A stretch of DNA of 64,000 bases, taken from Dehalococcoidia bacterium. Lineage in GTDB: Bacteria > Chloroflexota > Dehalococcoidia > Lucifugimonadales > UBA3495. Both the position numbers and the translations under genes were made by a program. Positions 46,387 to 56,430 of this stretch are shown in pieces (the stretch's first letter is position 1; each line of letters begins with the position of its first letter). The stretch is taken from contig CBDEFY010000007.1 of assembly GCA_965237595.1 (NCBI GenBank), forward strand, positions 836,411-900,410. Direction: 5' to 3'. The notes under the pieces were generated by a model. That model was not told the origin of the DNA. It was given only the letters and a program-made list of their open reading frames with translations, and searched no databases.

Positions 46387-48036
46387 CTACTGCTCGCCCT
46401 GCGATTCGCGAACGTCGGAGGAGCCAGCGGACGTGCTACGCCGCCGGCCCTTGTACCTGCGTATCAGCCAGTAGCCTCCGCCTCCAACGACCAGCCACGC
46501 AGGACTGAGTATGGCCACCCAGATGACTCCGATCAGTGCCCCCTGACCAACCGCGGACAGGGTCCTCACAGCGGTCTTGCCCTGGTCGCTGAAGCTCAAA
46601 CCCGTGATGACCCAGCCCGGCATCTCTCTAACCCTTACGTCGAGCGAGCTGGAGTCCTCCACAGTACCCGCCTCACTCTCGGCCGTTATCGTAAGCGTCG
46701 CCTGATACGAGAAAGGCCGGTGGTGCTCATAGACATGAGTCGCTACGGCGGTGGTGATCCCCACTCCCAGCATTCCCGTGGCAGGCTCGGAGCCGTCGCC
46801 GAAGTCCCACCTGTACTCTACCTCGTTCAGACCCGGCGGCCGAGTGAAGGACCCACTGAACTCGACCTCCTCGCCCTCGTCCACAGCGATACTCTCGCCG
46901 GCGAAGACAACGATGTCGGGAATCCTGGTGACCTCGACCATCAGGGTCGTATCGCCTTCGGCGGCACCCGCTTCGCCGCTGCCCTGTATCTCGAACTGAA
47001 CGATGTATGGCGAGTCCTCTTCGTCTCTGTACCTATGGGTCACAGTCGCCGCGACCCGGGTATCTTCTTTCTCCGTTGGCGCCGTCTGATGGCCGCGAAT
47101 GCTCTCACCGTCACCGAAGTCCCACGTGTAGCTGAAGTCCTCGATCCCCTCGGGCGGCTTGAAAAAGGCACGGAACCTGACCCTCTCGCCGACACCGGTC
47201 GTCTTGTCTGCTATCTCCTCCACCGCCATGTCAACTGGCTCAAGCTCTAAGTTGACGCTCACCAGCGAAAACGCCGAAGTCTCCTCAAGAAGCTTGATCT
47301 TACCCTGCAGGCGCTCAACCTCTTCCTGGACTCCGGTCAAGGTCTGCTGGACCTTCAAAGCGGCCTCGACGGTCTCGGCGCGCCCCAATAGCTTGAGCAG
47401 CGCCTTTTCCGTGGCCTCCTGATTATCCAGCCGCGCCCTCAGGTCGAAGTACTCATCGGTCACGTCTCGGCTGTCAGAGACCTCCGCTTTGACCTCGACG
47501 GCCATCTCCCTCAGACGCGCGGTCGCCTTATCCAGGGCTTCAGCCGGAACACGGAAGGAGATGAACCCACGGTGCTTCTCGAATCGATTGGTGGATACGA
47601 CCCAACCGCCCAGTTCTCTGGCCAGCGCCGTGATCCGGTCCATGGAGCCCTGCACGTCCGTCACCACGATCGTAGCCTCGACAGTGCGGACGATGATTCG
47701 TTCCTGATTCACCAGCTGAGCGTGTATCTCCGACGAAGCCTCGATATCGGCCGGTGCAGCGGCAGGGGCCGCCAGCACCGCCATGGCCTCCTCCACGACT
47801 ACTTCCCTAGGGGCAGGGGCCGCTGCTGCTGCGGGTGCTGCTGCCGCCCCCGGCACACCTGGCGCACCCGGCACACCCGGATGCCCAGCAGATTCGTCAC
47901 TGCTGGGAAGCAAATCCCATCCTGTGGATTCGTCCGAGCCACCGCACGCGGTCACAGCCAGCAGTGCGACGAGCATTATTGGGATTGGAAATCGGCTAAT
48001 TCTCAAAAGAATGGTCCAGCGACCTCCCTCTAGCAA
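46387..48036 (-). CDS. DUF4349-like lipoprotein with two PKD domains and a C-terminal TM anchor
   Basis: Lipobox LLAVTACGG. DUF4349-like core (IVRTVEATIVVTDVQGSMDRI...DVTDEYFDLRARLDNQEATEKALLKLL). Two PKD-like WDFGDG segments. TM tail IGVIWVAILSPAWLVVGGGGYWLI. Confidence 0.8.
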   Translation of the reverse strand: MLEGGRWTILLRISRFPIPIMLVALLAVTACGGSDESTGWDLLPSSDESAGHPGVPGAPGVPGAAAAPAAAAAPAPREVVVEEAMAVLAAPAAAPADIEASSEIHAQLVNQERIIVRTVEATIVVTDVQGSMDRITALARELGGWVVSTNRFEKHRGFISFRVPAEALDKATARLREMAVEVKAEVSDSRDVTDEYFDLRARLDNQEATEKALLKLLGRAETVEAALKVQQTLTGVQEEVERLQGKIKLLEETSAFSLVSVNLELEPVDMAVEEIADKTTGVGERVRFRAFFKPPEGIEDFSYTWDFGDGESIRGHQTAPTEKEDTRVAATVTHRYRDEEDSPYIVQFEIQGSGEAGAAEGDTTLMVEVTRIPDIVVFAGESIAVDEGEEVEFSGSFTRPPGLNEVEYRWDFGDGSEPATGMLGVGITTAVATHVYEHHRPFSYQATLTITAESEAGTVEDSSSLDVRVREMPGWVITGLSFSDQGKTAVRTLSAVGQGALIGVIWVAILSPAWLVVGGGGYWLIRRYKGRRRSTSAGSSDVRESQGEQ

Positions 48037-48324
48037 TGACCGTTTCAGATGCGTTCCATAGTGTAAGCCTAGAAAATCCTTTAGAGTTGATATTAAGGTT
48101 AGAACACTCTATAGAAATGATGCAAGCCATGAAATAAATGGGGCTTACCAGCGGTCACAACTTGGCCCTGCGCGGGACGAAGGGTAACGTGATCCGGCAG
48201 CCCAGAGGAACTTTGGAAAGAACCGGTGAAACAATCATCGTCCAAGTGAACCCCAGGATCGGCGACATCGTGGACGGCTATCTTGCGCACCGCACTAAGG
48301 AAGTGGAATCCCTGTTAAAAGCCC

Positions 48325-48687
48325 TTGATCGGGGCGAATTTGACCCACATCACCGAGATGGTAGGCAACTTTGCCGCACATTTGACCCGGGATGAGATGG
48401 CCTATGGCGCCCAGGAGCGGGGGCTCAACTGGGGATCGATTCGGGCGCCCGATGAACTGGTGGATGAGGGCCACCTGAATGATCGCGGCTTTTGGGTGGA
48501 GGTTCCCCATCCTGAGCTGGACCGGAGCTTCAAATACCCCGGTCCCGCCGGTATATACAACGGCTCACCCTGGCGAATATCAAGACGGGCCCCCTTGATC
48601 GGGGAGCACAACGAGGAGATTTACTGCGGGGAACTGGGGCTTCAAAGGACGGAGTTGGCTTACCTGGCGGAATCGGGAGTGGTGTAG
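48325..48687 (+). pseudogene. family III CoA-transferase (CaiB/BaiF-like), C-terminal fragment only
   Basis: ...GSIRAPDELVDEGHLNDRGFWVEVPHPELDRSFKYPGPAG...RRAPLIGEHNEEIY. The N-terminal ~280 aa are absent. Confidence 0.6.
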
Positions 48688-48781
48688 GCCGCCGCGAATT
48701 ATCGGTCTAAAGCATGTCCTCCGAAGGGACTGGATTGTCTTCATGTCGGCGGCCACCGCCAAACCATGCTGGCACATCCTG

Positions 48782-49090
48782 CTATTGCGGTTCGAACATC
48801 TCATAAAACTCGATGTAGCTTTCCTCCACGAATTCATTCATCTGCTGCGACACAGACCTGATCTCCTCCGGCATTGGGTTACCTTCGCGGTAGGGTGACT
48901 CTAACACTGGCGCCGTCCAGTCCATATAGACCGTATTGGCAGGTCCCGGTACAGTGCCACCGCTGGTATATACCCTTATCGGAGAGCGCTGACCGGCGTT
49001 TTCATAAGCCTTGCCAATCTTCGTGATCTGCTCCGCCGCCCTTCGAGCTGTCCCTGGTTTACATCTGAAAACCCGCCGAATTAGGTACAT
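48782..49090 (-). CDS. hypothetical 102-aa protein
   Basis: Clean ORF with coding-like composition (MYLIRRVFRCKPGTARRAAEQITKIGKAYENAG...). No family recognised. Confidence 0.4.
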   Translation of the reverse strand: MYLIRRVFRCKPGTARRAAEQITKIGKAYENAGQRSPIRVYTSGGTVPGPANTVYMDWTAPVLESPYREGNPMPEEIRSVSQQMNEFVEESYIEFYEMFEPQ

Positions 49091-49250
49091 GGGAGTCCTC
49101 CTTCAGTTAATCTAGTCTTGCGCCCGCCCTTCGACAGGCTCAGGGCGAACGGTTTCCTTCCGTTCGTGGTGAGCTTGTCGATCCACAGCGGGGGGGTTCT
49201 GATAAGCCCCCAGTGTGCTTCCTCCCGGAGCGGCCTCACACAGGCCAATT

Positions 49251-49604
49251 CTACTCCATCGGGACTCTTTCGAACTGGGTCTTGGGGAATATGGCCAACA
49301 ACCTTGCGGTAGCGCCGGACCGGTTTTCGAACCCGTACTTGACACCTGCAGGGGCCAGGACAGTGTCCCCCTCTCCTAGCGTAACTACCTGGTCACCCAG
49401 AATTGCTTCCAGACTGCCCTCCACGATGACCATGGCCTCTTCGCTGTCGGGGTGGATGTGGGTGGTGACCCGACCTCCAGGTCCGATTTCCAGGTGGCTG
49501 ATGTATAACGACAGGGCACCCTGGGTAGCGTCGACGAGGACCGCCCGCTCGACCCCGGGATATCCCACTTCCGTGGTTGCATCAGCTTGACTTATGATGG
49601 GCAT
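49251..49604 (-). CDS. cupin-domain protein
   Basis: MPIISQADATTEV...LEIGPGGRVTTHIHPDSEEAMVIVEGS...APAGVKYGFEN. ATG 49604 sits behind GGAGGAAAG. Confidence 0.8.
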   Translation of the reverse strand: MPIISQADATTEVGYPGVERAVLVDATQGALSLYISHLEIGPGGRVTTHIHPDSEEAMVIVEGSLEAILGDQVVTLGEGDTVLAPAGVKYGFENRSGATARLLAIFPKTQFERVPME

Positions 49605-49746
49605 CGTCTTTCCTCCCCAGCAAATACAGTAATTGCTGACCGTTGCTCGGACTGATAACTCTTTGTTGGCGGGATTAGGGGAAGCCTGATATGAGACCCC
49701 TAATCCCCTCACCCCGGCAAAACACCTGTAGCAAGGCGTACGAGGA

Positions 49747-49878
49747 TCATGACGCGGGCACCAGGGGTCTAACCTCCGCCTGGAAGCGCTCCATGGTCCG
49801 GAACTTGTCGGCAAAGGACTCGCCGGGTATCTCTAAGTCGGGATTGCCCAGATCAAACTGATTCCTCCAACCATGTGA
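49747..49878 (-). pseudogene. C-terminal scrap of an unidentified (possibly LLM-type) gene cut by IS1380 copy 1
   Basis: ...HGWRNQFDLGNPDLEIPGESFADKFRTMERFQAEVRPLVPAS-stop. The ORF upstream of residue H is IS sequence. Confidence 0.3.
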
Positions 49879-50090
49879 CCCTGTGGGATGGCTCGAACTA
49901 TAAAAGGGCAGCCTGAGGGCGTCAACTGCATCCGATTCACTCAACTGACCCACTCCCATAGGGTAACCACCCCCCTGACGAGCGTAAAAGTCTAGAATTG
50001 CCTGCCCCTGCCCAAGCGTCTCCCTCGGGGTGGTCTATTTACCCCGGACGACCCCATAACTGTCCGAAATACCTGTGCTCTCAAAGCAGG

Positions 50091-51480
50091 CTAGCCAGGT
50101 GCCAGCCGAAGCCGGCTGATCCGTTCTAGTATCCCGGTCAGCATTTCCCTGGTTGCCAGCACCTCGGCAAGCTGAAACACCAGCCTCCTTGCGTGGCGTA
50201 CCAGTCGCCCACCCGTCTTGATCAGCCTGGTCTGAAGACTGGTCAGAGTCCAGTGCTTCATATCCTCCGGCAACACCAGCCTTCTCATAAAGTTGCCCAG
50301 GTTGTAAGTCAGGACGAACAGCCATAGTCTCACCTGGTTGGCCACGAACTTGTGGCAGGAAAGCCGGGTCCAGTTCAGGGCGTACTTGCCCTCCTTGATC
50401 CACTGCTCCGCCGTGCCACGGCCATTGTAAAAGCGGACTATTCCTTTGGGTGGATAGCTCAGGTTGGTCACGATGAAACCAACCCTGGGAAATAGCTCCC
50501 CCTGATGCCACTCTACTTTAGCCACCACTCGCCTGGGCAAGTGCCAACTCTGGGCCTGATAGGCAAAGTCATGGTAGGAGACGCTAGGCTCCCGGGATGG
50601 CCATTCGGTAGGACGCTCCAGCAAGGGTTGGATCTGCTCCTGAATTACCTGATTGGCGGGAAGCCGGATGGCGTACCCGATCTTTCCTTGTTCCAGATAC
50701 TCGTATAGCTCCGGCTTGGCAAAAGCAGCGTCACCCCGGAACAGCAACCGCAGTCCTTTCTTCTGGTATCCTTTCACCACCGGCTCAAGGAGTTCCTGCC
50801 AGCCATCGGCACTATGCACGTTTCCGGGTCGTAGCGTCGCTCCTTCGCAATCCCCAAACTGGTTGAACAGAAAGAGGGGATGATAGCAGACACACTCGAA
50901 GTGCCCGTTGTAGGCGGCTCCTTCCTGCTGACCATGCACTGGACTCTCCGAACTGTCCATGTCCAGAATCACTCGCCGGTGTGGAGTGTGAGCCATGGCC
51001 AGCTCCACCCACTGGGGATTCATCAGGGCCAGCCCCTTTAGGTTGTCCTCTTGAGTCAGAGTCTCCGTCTCAAAACGGCTCATGGTGTTGGTTCTGGCGG
51101 CGTTGCGGTCTGAGCCTTGCCAGCCCACGACAACTCTCATGGCTGGGTCTTGGGAAAGACGTTCTGCATCGTTGGTATCATCGTAGTCGGCCAAGCGGCT
51201 GTAGATGGACTGGCGGAGCAGAGGGACCAGGTGGTGGCGGATGTTGCGGCCGGTACGGCTTTCCTGGAGATAGTCGGAGGCTATGGGGGTAAGGTCCAGG
51301 GCGTCATCCAGTTCTCGGAATGCCAGCAGTCCGGCGTCGGAGGTGATGGTAAGGTCCAGGGCGTCATCCAGTTCTCGGAATGCCAGCAGTCCGGCCGGAG
51401 GTGATGGTGGCACCATGTAACTCCAGCCGGATTTGGGGATTGAATTGGAGCCGAAGAGAGGCCTTTTCGCGGTCACCCAT
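50091..51480 (-). pseudogene. IS1380-family transposase, frameshifted by a 60/58-bp tandem duplication
   Basis: The canonical start MGDREKASLRLQFNPQIRLELHGATITS runs out of frame. The rest closely matches the intact copy-2 protein (by-eye alignment). Confidence 0.8.
51288..51405. repeat. tandem duplication (60 nt + 58 nt) inside the transposase gene
   Basis: GGTAAGGTCCAGGGCGTCATCCAGTTCTCGGAATGCCAGCAGTCCGGCGTCGGAGGTGAT is repeated. The second unit lacks 2 nt (GGCGTCGGA versus GGCCGGA). Confidence 0.85.
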
Positions 51481-52179
51481 CGGGTGCCTCCAATGTCGGT
51501 ACGCAAGTTATCTGAAATAGCCAACTTATTGCATGTATTATATCTGAAATACGGCTAAGAGATTCATGTAACGACTAGAAAAACAAGAAAGTTGCCTGTT
51601 TACCGCATCACTTGTTTGAGCCAAATGGGGAATACGGGGTAAGACTAAAGACGAAAGAATCACGCGATTTGTTCCCTGACCAATCGCGGATAGGGTCCTC
51701 ACAGCGGCATCCGCCCGCAGCAGGGAGGAGGCCATGTTGGAATGACTTCAGGCGAGAGAATTAGCCAACTCCACGATGTTGCCCGACCTGGGGAGCTACG
51801 CAAGGGCCTACGGCTAGTAGACGATCTCCAGACCGATCCGCCGATCTTCACCGGCCGTACGTCGAGCAACACGCCCAGCGCAAACGACGGCCGTAGCTCC
51901 TCGCACTCAAGGACGACGGCTCGCGGTCCTAGTCGGATACCAAGAGGACCGGGGTTATCTGCACAGGGTGTCAGTAGAGCGTCGTTTCCGGACTTCCTTT
52001 GGAAATTACAAACCTTAGAACTGGTGGTCGCGTTGTAGGGCGCTGCATATGCCGGCGCACGCCGATTAACCGATATTCGCAATGAGCGACGCCCCAGGGA
52101 CGGGCGAGCAGCGGGAGGGCATTGTTAAAAGTTCTTGAAAACAGGTCCGCGGCCGACGTCTCCCGCTTCGTCATCCGGA

Positions 52180-52572
52180 CTAGACTATGGAGTCCCGGTC
52201 AACCAGCGTTTCGGCCCTGGTGCGGTCGTCGGCGGATAGGGCGACGGTGGTGTAGCCGTGGTGGCGGGCCAAGATATGTAGGCTTTGTATGTTGACGCCG
52301 GTGTCCTTGAACCTCTGCGCGACTTTAGCAAGGGCTCCAGGCTCGTCGGGGAGTTGGAGGATTAGCGCGTCGTCGGTGACCACCTTGAAACCGGCGTCGG
52401 TTAGCGCTCGTAGAGCAGCGTCATTGTCGTCGGTCGTCAGGGTAACGACGCCGTTTTCCCCGGGGCCTTGAGCGGTCATAGTCTCGATATTGATGTCGTT
52501 ATCAGCCATTACGCGGCTGATATCCGCAATGACCCCCACTTCGTTGTTGGCTATGATGATGATTCGGTTCAT
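52180..52572 (-). CDS. ACT-domain protein (two ACT-like halves)
   Basis: MNRIIIIANNEVGVIADISRVMADNDINIETM... and LILQLPDEPGALAKVAQRFKDTGVNIQSLH. Confidence 0.8.
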   Translation of the reverse strand: MNRIIIIANNEVGVIADISRVMADNDINIETMTAQGPGENGVVTLTTDDNDAALRALTDAGFKVVTDDALILQLPDEPGALAKVAQRFKDTGVNIQSLHILARHHGYTTVALSADDRTRAETLVDRDSIV

Positions 52573-52601
52573 CCAGCGGTCCTCCTCGGGCCTGCTTCCG
52601 G

Positions 52602-53717
52602 CTAATTTTGCTTGAGACAGTCGTCAACTACCGCATCGATGGTCTCGCGGGTGACGTGGGGCATTGTGATGACGTGGGCGATGTCGCCGTAGGGAGCGAG
52701 TTGCCACTTGCGGACTACTTCCGCCGCCGGTTTCGGGAGTACTACGGTGACCGAGTTTTTATTGCGCCATGCGGGGATGCCGTTGTCATTGAAGCGGTGG
52801 ACGGCATAGTCAGCAACCTCGAGGCATTCCCTGACCATGTTCCTGAACCCTTCCAGCCCGCAGCTTTCGAAGGCGTACCACAGCATGAGGGGCGTCAGGG
52901 CGTTGCGCGACCCCGTAAGCGTAGTATCCAGTACGCCCACGTACTCGATGGACCGCGCGATACGCGCTACGTGCTTGCGCCGGGTCAGTGCGACGCCGCA
53001 GGGCATCGGCGAGCCGATCATTTTATGCCCGCTAATGGCGACGCTGTCGAATCCGAAGTCAAACCCGAAGGGCTGCGGCTCTTCCACGAATGGCAGGATC
53101 ATACCGCTGAGGGCGGCGTCGGCGTGAAGGTAGGATTGGGTAATCGCCAGGTCGTCCAGGATGGCGCGCACCTTCGCCACGTCATCCACGGCGCCCTTCA
53201 TAGTGGTGCCTATGTTCGCCACGAAGACGACCGGCGCGTCCCGATTGATTCGGATGGTCTCGTAGAGGTCATCGTAGTCGATCTCGCCGTGATCTTGACT
53301 CCTTATCATAATATTGCGCGCTTTCAGCACGCTCAATATCTTGACAACGCTGTAGTGGGTGTCCTGGGAAAAGTAGACCACGCCGTCGGGGAAGAGCTCC
53401 CGCCCCAGGTACAGGCCGTACATATTGCCCTCGGTCCCGCCGGAGGTGACGTAGCCCCATGCCTCCTCCCGGGCCAAGCGCATCATGTCAGCGAAATGCC
53501 CGATGACTTCGCGCTCTATCTCGTGGGTGTTGCTGCGGAAATTGCTGTCGTGAAAAGGGTCTCCGACGTTGTTGGCGCAATATTGCAGAAAGGGGAGCAG
53601 TTCGGAGTAGTCGAAGTTTTGATTGCAGGGATAGCCTACCTGATGTTGACTCAACGATTCAAAGTCGCGCAGCAGAGCCCCCAGACGCGCCTGGGCTTTC
53701 TCACCTGGACTGTTCAT
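52602..53717 (-). CDS. hdc: pyridoxal-phosphate-dependent histidine decarboxylase
   Basis: GYVTSGGTEGNMYGLYLGRE, HADAALSGMILPF, SGHKMIGSPMPCGV (PLP lysine) and WRNKNSVTVVLP match the Gram-negative-type HDC pattern along the full length. Confidence 0.85.
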   Translation of the reverse strand: MNSPGEKAQARLGALLRDFESLSQHQVGYPCNQNFDYSELLPFLQYCANNVGDPFHDSNFRSNTHEIEREVIGHFADMMRLAREEAWGYVTSGGTEGNMYGLYLGRELFPDGVVYFSQDTHYSVVKILSVLKARNIMIRSQDHGEIDYDDLYETIRINRDAPVVFVANIGTTMKGAVDDVAKVRAILDDLAITQSYLHADAALSGMILPFVEEPQPFGFDFGFDSVAISGHKMIGSPMPCGVALTRRKHVARIARSIEYVGVLDTTLTGSRNALTPLMLWYAFESCGLEGFRNMVRECLEVADYAVHRFNDNGIPAWRNKNSVTVVLPKPAAEVVRKWQLAPYGDIAHVITMPHVTRETIDAVVDDCLKQN

Positions 53718-54176
53718 TACGCCTCGCCCCCCGGAAAAGCTTGACTCATTGTGAATTTGCTCCTTCTCCTATGCCGCATGACAGCCCGGTTATAACCAAG
53801 AAAGCCGGGCACAAGTTGTTCTCGATCCCTCGCCAGTTCATCCAAGGCCCCTTGTTCCCCCTTCGTGAGGCGCACCCATTCCGCTGGCTGGTACATAGGT
53901 TGGCGGGGGTTCTACTCATTGCGAAAAAAGATCAAAGCCGACGAGGCGAAACTCGTCGCTGAAACCGGATGGAACCTGCCACTCTGAATCAACTGGAATT
54001 GTGAAGGTGGTTCCGGTGCTCGCCGGAGGCTCAACATCGGTAGGGCCTCTACAGGCGACGACAATCAGGACGACGATGAACGTTGCTATCGATGGTTTAA
54101 TTCAGTACATGCACGAGCACCACTACATATGTAACAGACATTAGGCTCCTAGAGAAGAGGTCCCTCTAGTACCGTT

Positions 54177-54398
54177 TCAATTTGATTCTATTGGATAGAC
54201 ATGTTTGAGCTTACTGCGAGCGTCCTGGGTGGAGAACCGCCAAGCTATGATGGCGGCGGCCTCGTTGCGCTCACGTTGGAGGGCCGCGATCTCCCGTCTC
54301 AGCAACGCTTCATCGCCGACCCGGCGGTTCAAACACTGCCGCCAACCTGCCCAGCAGCACCTTCTCATCGCCCGCAGCGATGTCGAGGCCGGCGCCAA
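54177..54398 (-). pseudogene. IS630-family transposase, C-terminal fragment
   Basis: ...RQCLNRRVGDEALLRREIAALQRERNEAAAIIAWRFSTQDARSKLKHVYP is the characteristic C-terminal tail of IS630/Tc1-type DDE transposases. Confidence 0.7.
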
Positions 54399-54401
54399 TC
54401 G

Positions 54402-54905
54402 TCAGGGGGACGTGAAGGCCACGACAAACAGCGCGAGAGCCGGATAGTAGGCCACGAAGACGTAGCTGTCGAACCCGGGCCCGACGGAGATGCTGGACGT
54501 GGCCAGGGCGATGTCCAGGGCGCTGAGGAGCAGCATCCACCGCCACGTGACCGGCCTGTTCGTCAGGAGCCGGAAGTGGACCAGGCCATTGAGCGCCACC
54601 AGCGGGACCATCAGGAGCACGTACAACCAGACGTCGGGGTACGAGAAGCCCGGCCGGTAGGCTATCTCGAAGGCCGAGACCAATGCGCTGAACCAGCGAC
54701 CCCAGACCGAAACCCTCGCGGCATAGGGCACAACATTGGTCTCGGTCCATATCGCCGGCGAAAACCGCTTCGCCATGGCTCCCATGTCAGCCCTGGGCAA
54801 GTTCAGGCTCCCGGTCCAGAGTGACAGGCTTGGATTCGCTTTCACCATCCCGCAATGAATACATCCGCCTATACCCGCGGTTTTTCCGGCGTTTATTACT
54901 GACAA
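54402..54905 (-). CDS. polytopic membrane protein fragment (possibly a sensor N-terminus), truncated by the IS630 scrap
   Basis: Hydrophobic helices WFSALVSAFEIAY, VWLYVLLMVPLVALNGLV, WMLLLSALDIALA and VFVAYYPALALFVVAF. No C-terminal domain. Confidence 0.4.
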   Translation of the reverse strand: MSVINAGKTAGIGGCIHCGMVKANPSLSLWTGSLNLPRADMGAMAKRFSPAIWTETNVVPYAARVSVWGRWFSALVSAFEIAYRPGFSYPDVWLYVLLMVPLVALNGLVHFRLLTNRPVTWRWMLLLSALDIALATSSISVGPGFDSYVFVAYYPALALFVVAFTSP

Positions 54906-55035
54906 TTTACATCAATTGCCCAACTGCTATGAGAACACAATGTACCGATATGACTAGGAAAAGTGAGGTGGACCCGGAAATTCGGACAGGTGGTTAAGTG
55001 AGAGTTCTGCTCCTAAAATAGCCACAGCTGTTGCT

Positions 55036-55338
55036 GTGAGGGAGGAGTGGGACATGTCAAAAGAGCGGAGGAAGCACAGCCCAACATTCAAGGCCAAGGT
55101 GGCCCTGGAAGCGGTGAAGGGTGAAGAGACGGTGGCCCAACTGGCCGCCCGCTACGAGGTCCATCCCGGGCAGATCCAGGCCTGGAAGAAGTCCTTGTTG
55201 GAAGGAGCGGTCGGCGTCTTTGGTGGGAACCAAGACAAACGCCAGAAGAGCGATGCGGTCCTTGTTGCCCGGCTCTATCAGCAGATCGGCCAACTGAAGG
55301 TTGAGCGGGATTTCTTGGCGGAGAGGCTCGGTCCATGA
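55036..55338 (+). CDS. IS3-family transposase OrfA (copy 2)
   Basis: Identical 100-aa product to 13123..13425. Confidence 0.9.
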   Translation: MREEWDMSKERRKHSPTFKAKVALEAVKGEETVAQLAARYEVHPGQIQAWKKSLLEGAVGVFGGNQDKRQKSDAVLVARLYQQIGQLKVERDFLAERLGP

Positions 55339-56279
55339 GCCGGGAGCGGCGGCGGGAGATGGTGGACCGGCGGCACCCAGCCTTGTCCACAGTGAGACAG
55401 TGCGCCTTACTGAGCATCAGCAGGTCCAGCCTAAACTACCGGCGCAAGGGGACTTGCTTGGAGAACCTGACCGTGATGAAGGCGATGGACCACCAGTACC
55501 TAAGTACCCCCTTCTACGGGTCGCGGCGCATGAGGGTCTGGCTGGGCACTCAAGGTCACAGGGTGAACCGGAAGCGGGTCCAGCGTCTGATGCGGACCAT
55601 GGGACTACGTGCCATCTACCGGTGGCCCCGGACCAGCAAGCCGGGGCCAGGGCACAAGGTGTATCCCTGCCTCCTGAGCGGCATGGAGATCACCAGACCA
55701 AATCAGGTGTGGGCCGCCGACATCACCTACATCCCCATGGCCAAGGGTTTCTTATACCTGGTGGCCATCATGGATTGGTACACGCGGTACGTGGTGGCCT
55801 GGCGTCTTTCCAACACCTTGGATGCTGATTTCTGTGTCGAGACATTGGAGGAAGCGCTTGGCAAGGGGAAGCCAGAGGTCTTCAACACCGACCAGGGCAG
55901 CCAGTTCACCGGCGAAGCCTTCACCGGTCTCCTAGAGCAGCACGGAGTGAGAATCAGCATGGACGGGAAGGGACGCTACACCGACAACATCTTGTTGGAG
56001 CGGCTGTGGCGCACGGTTAAGTACGAGGAGGTCTACCTGAAGGCCTACTCCAACGGGCGAGAAGCCAAGGCCGGGCTTGACGCATACTTCAGCTTCTACA
56101 ACAACCAAAGACCCCACCAGGCCTTGGGCTACCGGACACCGGCTGAGGTGTTCAAAGGAGACTTGGCGCCATCAGATGAACGGTCAATCAATGGGAAACG
56201 GACACCAAGCAGAGCATTCTCAGACCTTGGAAAGACGGCGGAACTCTCACTTAGTTTTGCACCAAACCTGTCCAACTAA
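55335..56279 (+). CDS. IS3-family transposase OrfB (copy 2)
   Basis: 314 aa with a handful of substitutions (about 8 by eye) versus copy 1. Confidence 0.9.
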   Translation: MSRERRREMVDRRHPALSTVRQCALLSISRSSLNYRRKGTCLENLTVMKAMDHQYLSTPFYGSRRMRVWLGTQGHRVNRKRVQRLMRTMGLRAIYRWPRTSKPGPGHKVYPCLLSGMEITRPNQVWAADITYIPMAKGFLYLVAIMDWYTRYVVAWRLSNTLDADFCVETLEEALGKGKPEVFNTDQGSQFTGEAFTGLLEQHGVRISMDGKGRYTDNILLERLWRTVKYEEVYLKAYSNGREAKAGLDAYFSFYNNQRPHQALGYRTPAEVFKGDLAPSDERSINGKRTPSRAFSDLGKTAELSLSFAPNLSN

Positions 56280-56293
56280 TTGGGTCCACCTCA

Positions 56294-56430
56294 GTACCAG
56301 GTGGACGTGTATCTACGGATCCGACGGGCGGTGATGGTGGATGGGATGAGCATCCGGGAGGTCTCCCGGGTGTTCGGGTTGCACCGGGACACGGTGCGCA
56401 AGATTCTGGCCTACTCAGCGCCGCCGGGCT
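56294..56430 (+). pseudogene. IS21-family IstA, N-terminal HTH scrap
   Basis: YQVDVYLRIRRAVMVDGMSIREVSRVFGLHRDTVRKILAYSAPPGY, squeezed between the IS3 copy and the IS1595 copy. Confidence 0.6.

Larger units (their letters stand above)
49879..51639 (-). mobile_element. IS1380-family IS, copy 1 (about 1.76 kb including an internal duplication)
   Basis: Ends are CCCTGTGGGATGGCTCGAAC... and ...TGGGGAATACGGGG (CC-type termini). Collinear with copy 2 at 59184..60882. Confidence 0.8.
54964..56293 (+). mobile_element. IS3-family IS, 1330 bp, copy 2 (no target duplication)
   Basis: Same termini as copy 1. The flanks AAG and GTA differ. A handful of substitutions relative to copy 1. Confidence 0.9.

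Noticed and set aside
46531-46575. A ~45-bp patch nearly identical to 51668..51712, next to the IS1380 copy 1 end. This hinted at a destroyed paralog of the DUF4349/PKD gene.
   Set aside because: Similarity does not extend beyond the patch in any frame, so the evidence is too short to call a gene remnant.
53950-54120. A possible 60-aa lipoprotein on the minus strand (KPSIATFIVVLIVVACRGPTDVEPP…), preceded by ATG-TAC-TGA.
   Set aside because: There is no usable start codon in frame after the TGA. Invoking Sec at codon 3 is unjustified.
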